From a virus (Duplodnaviria; Caudoviricetes): a stretch of DNA of 64,000 nucleotides. The translations under genes and the position numbers were made by a program. The notes beneath the pieces were generated by a model. That model was not told where the DNA came from and searched no databases. It was given only the letters and a program-made list of their open reading frames with translations. This document shows, piece after piece, positions 60,846 through 64,000 of the stretch (the stretch's first letter is position 1; each line of letters opens with the position of its first letter). The DNA lies in IMG/VR virus record IMGVR_UViG_3300028886_000028, positions 128,001-192,000 of that record. One strand, written 5' to 3'.

Positions 60846-60853
60846 TATCTTTG
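60846..60853 (+). promoter_or_regulatory. Bacteroidota -7 element driving tRNA cluster
   Basis: TTTTTTGTATCTTTG (TAnnTTTG). Confidence 0.7.
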
Positions 60854-60910
60854 CTAAAAGAAATTAATGGGGCAGAGCGTTACCTAAGAGACAACAGCCC
60901 CATTAAATTT

Positions 60911-60992
60911 GGCAGAATGGCGGAATTGGCAGACGCGCATCACTCAAAATGATGTATCTCATGGTGTAAGGGTTCAAGTCCCTTTTCTGCTA
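60911..60992 (+). tRNA. tRNA-Leu(CAA)
   Basis: Cloverleaf: GGCAGAA/TTCTGCT, D arm GGCGGAATTGGCAGACGC, CATCA-CTCAAAA-TGATG, long V arm, GGTTCAAGTCC. Confidence 0.9.
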
Positions 60993-61039
60993 CAATTATA
61001 AAAGTAGTCCAACCTTGGCAAAGGTTAAAATATAAAACA

Positions 61040-61180
61040 AGGAAAGTAACAGCAAGCATTTGTAATACGCGATGGCTCCGCTGACTAATATGGTCGTTTA
61101 GGTTCGAATCCTAACATATGAGGATAACTCGTAGTGTGGTGGAATTGGTAGACACGGCGGAATAATTAAAATTCTTTCCT
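61040..61180 (+). ncRNA. Circularly permuted tRNA-like RNA in an ACAGCAA stem (Y-RNA/YrlA-like architecture)
   Basis: Order is V arm, T arm (TTAGG-TTCGAAT-CCTAA), loop-closed acceptor stem, D arm (TGGTGGAATTGGTAGACAC). Closed by TCCGC/GCGGA and by outer AGGAAAG/CTTTCCT. Confidence 0.7.
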
Positions 61181-61188
61181 AAATAGAT

Positions 61189-61276
61189 GCTCTTGTGGTG
61201 GAATTGATAGACACCCCAGAATTAGAATCTGGTGCGAAATAATAGTAGCGTGTGGGTTTGAGTCCCTCCAGGAGCA
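61189..61276 (+). tRNA. tRNA-Leu(TAG), slightly atypical
   Basis: GCTCTTG/CAGGAGC, CCAGA-ATTAGAA-TCTGG, long V arm; T loop TTTGAGT and one T-stem mismatch. Confidence 0.75.
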
Positions 61277-61304
61277 CTTTTTTGAAATAAATAATATTTA
61301 TATT

Positions 61305-61457
61305 ATGAGTCCTTGTTGGCATTGCCCTTATTTCAATAAAATGGGAAAAAGGTATTTTTGCTCATTGAAGGGTATCTATTTAACAGAAAATGGTGTAGAT
61401 TTTTGCTCTGGGCCGAGTTACAAATATAAAAAGAAACATAAAAATAGAAAAAAATGA
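61305..61457 (+). CDS. Small Cys-rich basic protein (50 aa, not in ORF track)
   Basis: MSPCWHCPYF...FC...FC...KKKHKNRKK; four Cys. Confidence 0.45.
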   Translation: MSPCWHCPYFNKMGKRYFCSLKGIYLTENGVDFCSGPSYKYKKKHKNRKK

Positions 61458-61617
61458 AGAATATAACACGACAACAACAGCAACAAAGTTAAGTCGTATC
61501 AACCATATGGGAACGGTTGATACTGATATTGTATTAACCAATCCTATTTATATTATAATTATTTTTTACCTTAAGTTCCCATTAGTAACAATACTGATGG
61601 GATTTTTTGTTTTATAA

Positions 61618-61689
61618 TGGAGAGTGGTATAACGGCCATTACACGAGATTTTGGTCCTCGGAATCCGGGTTCGATTCCCGGCTCTCCAA
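61618..61689 (+). tRNA. tRNA-Gln(TTG)
   Basis: TGGAGAG/CTCTCCA with U1-A72, anticodon loop TT-TTG-GT, CCGGG-TTCGATT-CCCGG. Confidence 0.88.
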
Positions 61690-61696
61690 CAAAAAA

Positions 61697-61783
61697 TGGG
61701 AGTTGGCCGAGTGGTTTAAGGCGTGTGCCTCTGGAACACATGTAGACATAAATCTACCGTAGGTTCGAATCCTACATTCCCAA
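61697..61783 (+). tRNA. Long-variable-arm tRNA with CTG (Gln) anticodon
   Basis: TGGGAGT/ATTCCCA acceptor, D arm GGCCGAGTGGTTTAAGGC, loop CT-CTG-GA, V arm GTAGA-CATAAA-TCTAC, GTAGG-TTCGAAT-CCTAC. Confidence 0.75.
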
Positions 61784-61853
61784 CTTTGAAAAAATGTTTT
61801 TTAACGTTAGTATATATTTATTCAAAATAAGAAATTAATTTTGAATAAAGAAA

Positions 61854-62045
61854 ATGGAATATTTTGTAGATACAGAAAGAATTAGTTTGGATTATTCATA
61901 TGATAGAATATTTAAAGAAATACCAAAATATAGATTAACATTATATGATAAATATGGGCATTTTGATGCTGACGTTTATTTAACAGATGAACAAATTGAA
62001 GATTTGCTCACGGGACTTGAAAAAATAAAAAATAACATTAAATGA
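61854..62045 (+). CDS. Hypothetical protein
   Basis: 63 aa after ATATTTAT. Confidence 0.5.
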   Translation: MEYFVDTERISLDYSYDRIFKEIPKYRLTLYDKYGHFDADVYLTDEQIEDLLTGLEKIKNNIK

Positions 62046-62046
62046 T

Positions 62047-62295
62047 ATGGGTACATTATTTAATTTTGCAATGCATGTTATTTTATGGCCTATTGTTTTG
62101 TTTCTGGTCTTTACAGCGACTACGAATATTGATTTAATTTTTTATGCTATAAAGAAAGTATTAATTAAAATAAAAGAATATTATGAATTTATTAGAAAAC
62201 GTATTTGTAAAAAAAGCAATAAAGTCGATGATGACGGCGGAGCAATTCGAGACTATGCAGAATTTTATGACAGCAGTTCAGTCTGGGAAGATTGA
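62047..62295 (+). CDS. Small membrane protein
   Basis: N-terminal hydrophobic segment; overlaps next ORF. Confidence 0.4.
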   Translation: MGTLFNFAMHVILWPIVLFLVFTATTNIDLIFYAIKKVLIKIKEYYEFIRKRICKKSNKVDDDGGAIRDYAEFYDSSSVWED

Positions 62296-62392
62296 CCAAA
62301 ACAAACTTAAAAATGTTGGTGAAAAATTATCTAAAATATCGCCGGAAGAAGTGAATAATCTTTTGGACATAATAGACAAAAACTTGAAGTAG
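62183..62392 (+). CDS. Hypothetical helical protein
   Basis: Protein-like composition; ends at a hairpin. Confidence 0.5.
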   Translation: MNLLENVFVKKAIKSMMTAEQFETMQNFMTAVQSGKIDQNKLKNVGEKLSKISPEEVNNLLDIIDKNLK

Positions 62393-62438
62393 TAATTCAA
62401 CTACTCAAGTTTTTCTTTTTTTATAAAAACATTTTTAA

Positions 62439-62825
62439 ATGGTACATGTTATTAATATAAAAACTGATGATAAGACAATGGATGAAGGATATTTCTACGT
62501 AGGCCGTAGCAAATATAATAATTCTCCACTTGGAAACCCCTTTACATGTAAAGGAAAGCGAACAAGTTTAGCAAAACTATCATTTCCAACAGTTGAACAA
62601 GCAATAGAAGCCTACGAAATGTATTTTGATGCCATGTACGGTAAAGATGAAGATTTCACGAAGGCTTTTGATGAAATATACGAATATTATAAAACTGGAA
62701 AAGATGTATATCTTGGATGTTTTTGTGCACCGGGTAAATGCCATGCATCTATCATTGCTAAAAAATTGCAACAGAAATTAATAAAGGAAAAAATGGAAGA
62801 AAGAAAAAAGGAGAAGCTCAAATAA
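62439..62825 (+). CDS. DUF4326-like protein
   Basis: YVGR...SPLGNPF, LGCFCAPGKCHASII. Confidence 0.75.
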   Translation: MVHVINIKTDDKTMDEGYFYVGRSKYNNSPLGNPFTCKGKRTSLAKLSFPTVEQAIEAYEMYFDAMYGKDEDFTKAFDEIYEYYKTGKDVYLGCFCAPGKCHASIIAKKLQQKLIKEKMEERKKEKLK

Positions 62826-62839
62826 GCCTCTCCTTTTTA

Positions 62840-62970
62840 TTTGGGAACTATATATCTGTTGGCATTAGTATATGCATAATAAGGTAGTATAAATAGAAAA
62901 CTTGATTGCCTTGGGCTGACGCTTGTGGCAATCAAGTTTATTTTGGTTTATTGGCGATGATGAATTCTCA
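62840..62970 (-). repeat. Cassette 3' element type B, copy 2
   Basis: Reverse complement matches 53371-53501. Confidence 0.95.
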
Positions 62971-63627
62971 ACCTACCACAGGGCGAACCGAGAAGCCGTA
63001 GTAACGGTAGTCCTTGAACACGCCCTTGGCACCATTGAGAAAGAAGAAGCTGTAAGCGTTACCACTACCATTAGGAGAAGAACCCCAATAGTAACCGCTA
63101 TTGCCTACATCGCTCTGGCTACCATTGTACCAGCGGCCAACAGCAGGAAGAAATAAAACAGCCCCATTGGTGGCTGTGAATGTACCACCATTTATTCCAC
63201 TACCTTTGTAGTTTGTTACCCACTGATAAGTAGTATTAGCTGTCAATTCTTGCATTTGTACACTCGTTGGCATATGCCAAGAGCCACCCCACACTTGCAC
63301 TGCTGTATCTACAGAAGAATCTAATGGGTATTCTGTTCCACTATAGTTGCTATCGCCACTTGTTGCTGCATATTGAGCAGCGCCCTTACCGTATTGATAG
63401 TAATTACCATAATCCGTTTCTGATGAAGCACCCACGTTCATTGTAGCCCAAAGTGTACCACTTGGTAGACCAAGGTCAACATACTCATGGCCTGCATATG
63501 GGTCAACATAAGGATTATAATGCACTTCATTAGGCGTATCATTACATGTTGATACATTTGGTAGTATCAAATTACTCTGTGCTGATTCGTAATCAGTATG
63601 AGCATTAAATTTTTTTAAGTATTTCAT
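62968..63627 (-). CDS. Leader-family protein: leader + CLec/DUF1566-like domain, candidate DGR target
   Basis: MKYLKKFNAHTDY...EVHYNP; HEYVDLGLPSGTLWATMNVGA, WHMPT, YYWGSS, GFSVRPV; NNC-rich 3' end. Confidence 0.88.
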   Translation of the reverse strand: MKYLKKFNAHTDYESAQSNLILPNVSTCNDTPNEVHYNPYVDPYAGHEYVDLGLPSGTLWATMNVGASSETDYGNYYQYGKGAAQYAATSGDSNYSGTEYPLDSSVDTAVQVWGGSWHMPTSVQMQELTANTTYQWVTNYKGSGINGGTFTATNGAVLFLPAVGRWYNGSQSDVGNSGYYWGSSPNGSGNAYSFFFLNGAKGVFKDYRYYGFSVRPVVG

Positions 63628-63718
63628 AATTCTATTTTGTTTTTACTATAAATATCAGTTATATGTATAAATGAGCAATCCTTTGGTTGATTTTCTCATT
63701 ATTATAAACTAATAGATA

Positions 63719-64000
63719 TTACCAATAGGTATATAATTCCGTTTTGTTTTGCTTAAAGTAAAATGGATTATCTTTTAATGATTCTATAATATCCATTTTT
63801 TCATCACAGATGCTTTTAAAAGCCTCTGTATCGTTTTCAAACAACTCAAACCATTCTCCTATAATGTTGGATGAATTAAAGTGATTATGAAGCATCTTTT
63901 CAAGTTTGAAAGGATGGCTTGTTTCATAAAAGTCTTTTATATATAATTCATAAGAACTTCCAGTTTGAAGCTGTTTCAATCTTTTATTAATATCTTTCGA
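63719..64000 (-). CDS. GIY-YIG superfamily T5orf172/MUG113-like protein (5'-truncated by window)
   Basis: KRLKQLQTGS, LEKMLHNHF, GEWFEL; frame open to window end. Confidence 0.8.
   Translation of the reverse strand, partial: SKDINKRLKQLQTGSSYELYIKDFYETSHPFKLEKMLHNHFNSSNIIGEWFELFENDTEAFKSICDEKMDIIESLKDNPFYFKQNKTELYTYW

Noticed and set aside
61460-61500. AAC-rich stretch as a DGR template repeat
   Set aside because: Too short and does not align to any of the three variable regions
1-64000. Lak-phage-type TAG-to-Gln recoding
   Set aside because: Multi-kb ORFs are intact in the standard code, TAG ends plausible genes (2216, 62392), and no CTA-anticodon tRNA is seen
1-64000. CRISPR array or cas genes
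   Set aside because: No regularly spaced repeat-spacer array; the tandem repeats found are in-frame coding repeats

Overview
A 64-kb, strongly AT-rich, gene-dense segment of a large (jumbo-type) contractile-tailed phage read in the standard genetic code. The host is most likely a Bacteroidota/Bacteroidales anaerobe: TAnnTTTG promoters, no Shine-Dalgarno sites, Bacteroidales-type ClpP, class III RNR. The backbone carries a DnaB-like helicase with a class 3 LAGLIDADG intein, nrdD-trx-nrdG, a papain-like protease, a baseplate/tail block of very large ORFs (6.4-31.5 kb), separated SbcD- and SbcC-like genes, primase, RuvC-like resolvase, a sigma-70 factor, amidase/holin/spanin-like lysis genes, two orphan DNA methyltransferases, ClpP and a tRNA cluster. 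Two things stand out. (1) Six dispersed genes share a ~40-aa N-terminal leader (K-F-x-x-H-x-[DE]-Y...L-x-x-P-N-[VI]-S...[EQ]-V-H-Y-[NH]-P) joined to shuffled adhesin-type modules (BACON-like repeats, BspA LRRs, Big_2, C-terminal CLec/DUF1566-like domain). Three have DGR-like NNC-rich variable 3' ends. The cassettes are surrounded by shared non-coding elements, including a ~130-bp 3' element with a 13-bp hairpin and a ~21-bp motif that brackets one cassette as an inverted repeat. No reverse transcriptase or template repeat lies in this window. (2) The tRNA cluster contains a circularly permuted tRNA-like RNA enclosed by an ACAGCAA-bearing stem (Y-RNA/YrlA-like architecture) and a long-variable-arm tRNA with a Gln (CUG) anticodon. 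All calls are by-eye motif recognition; no database search was run.
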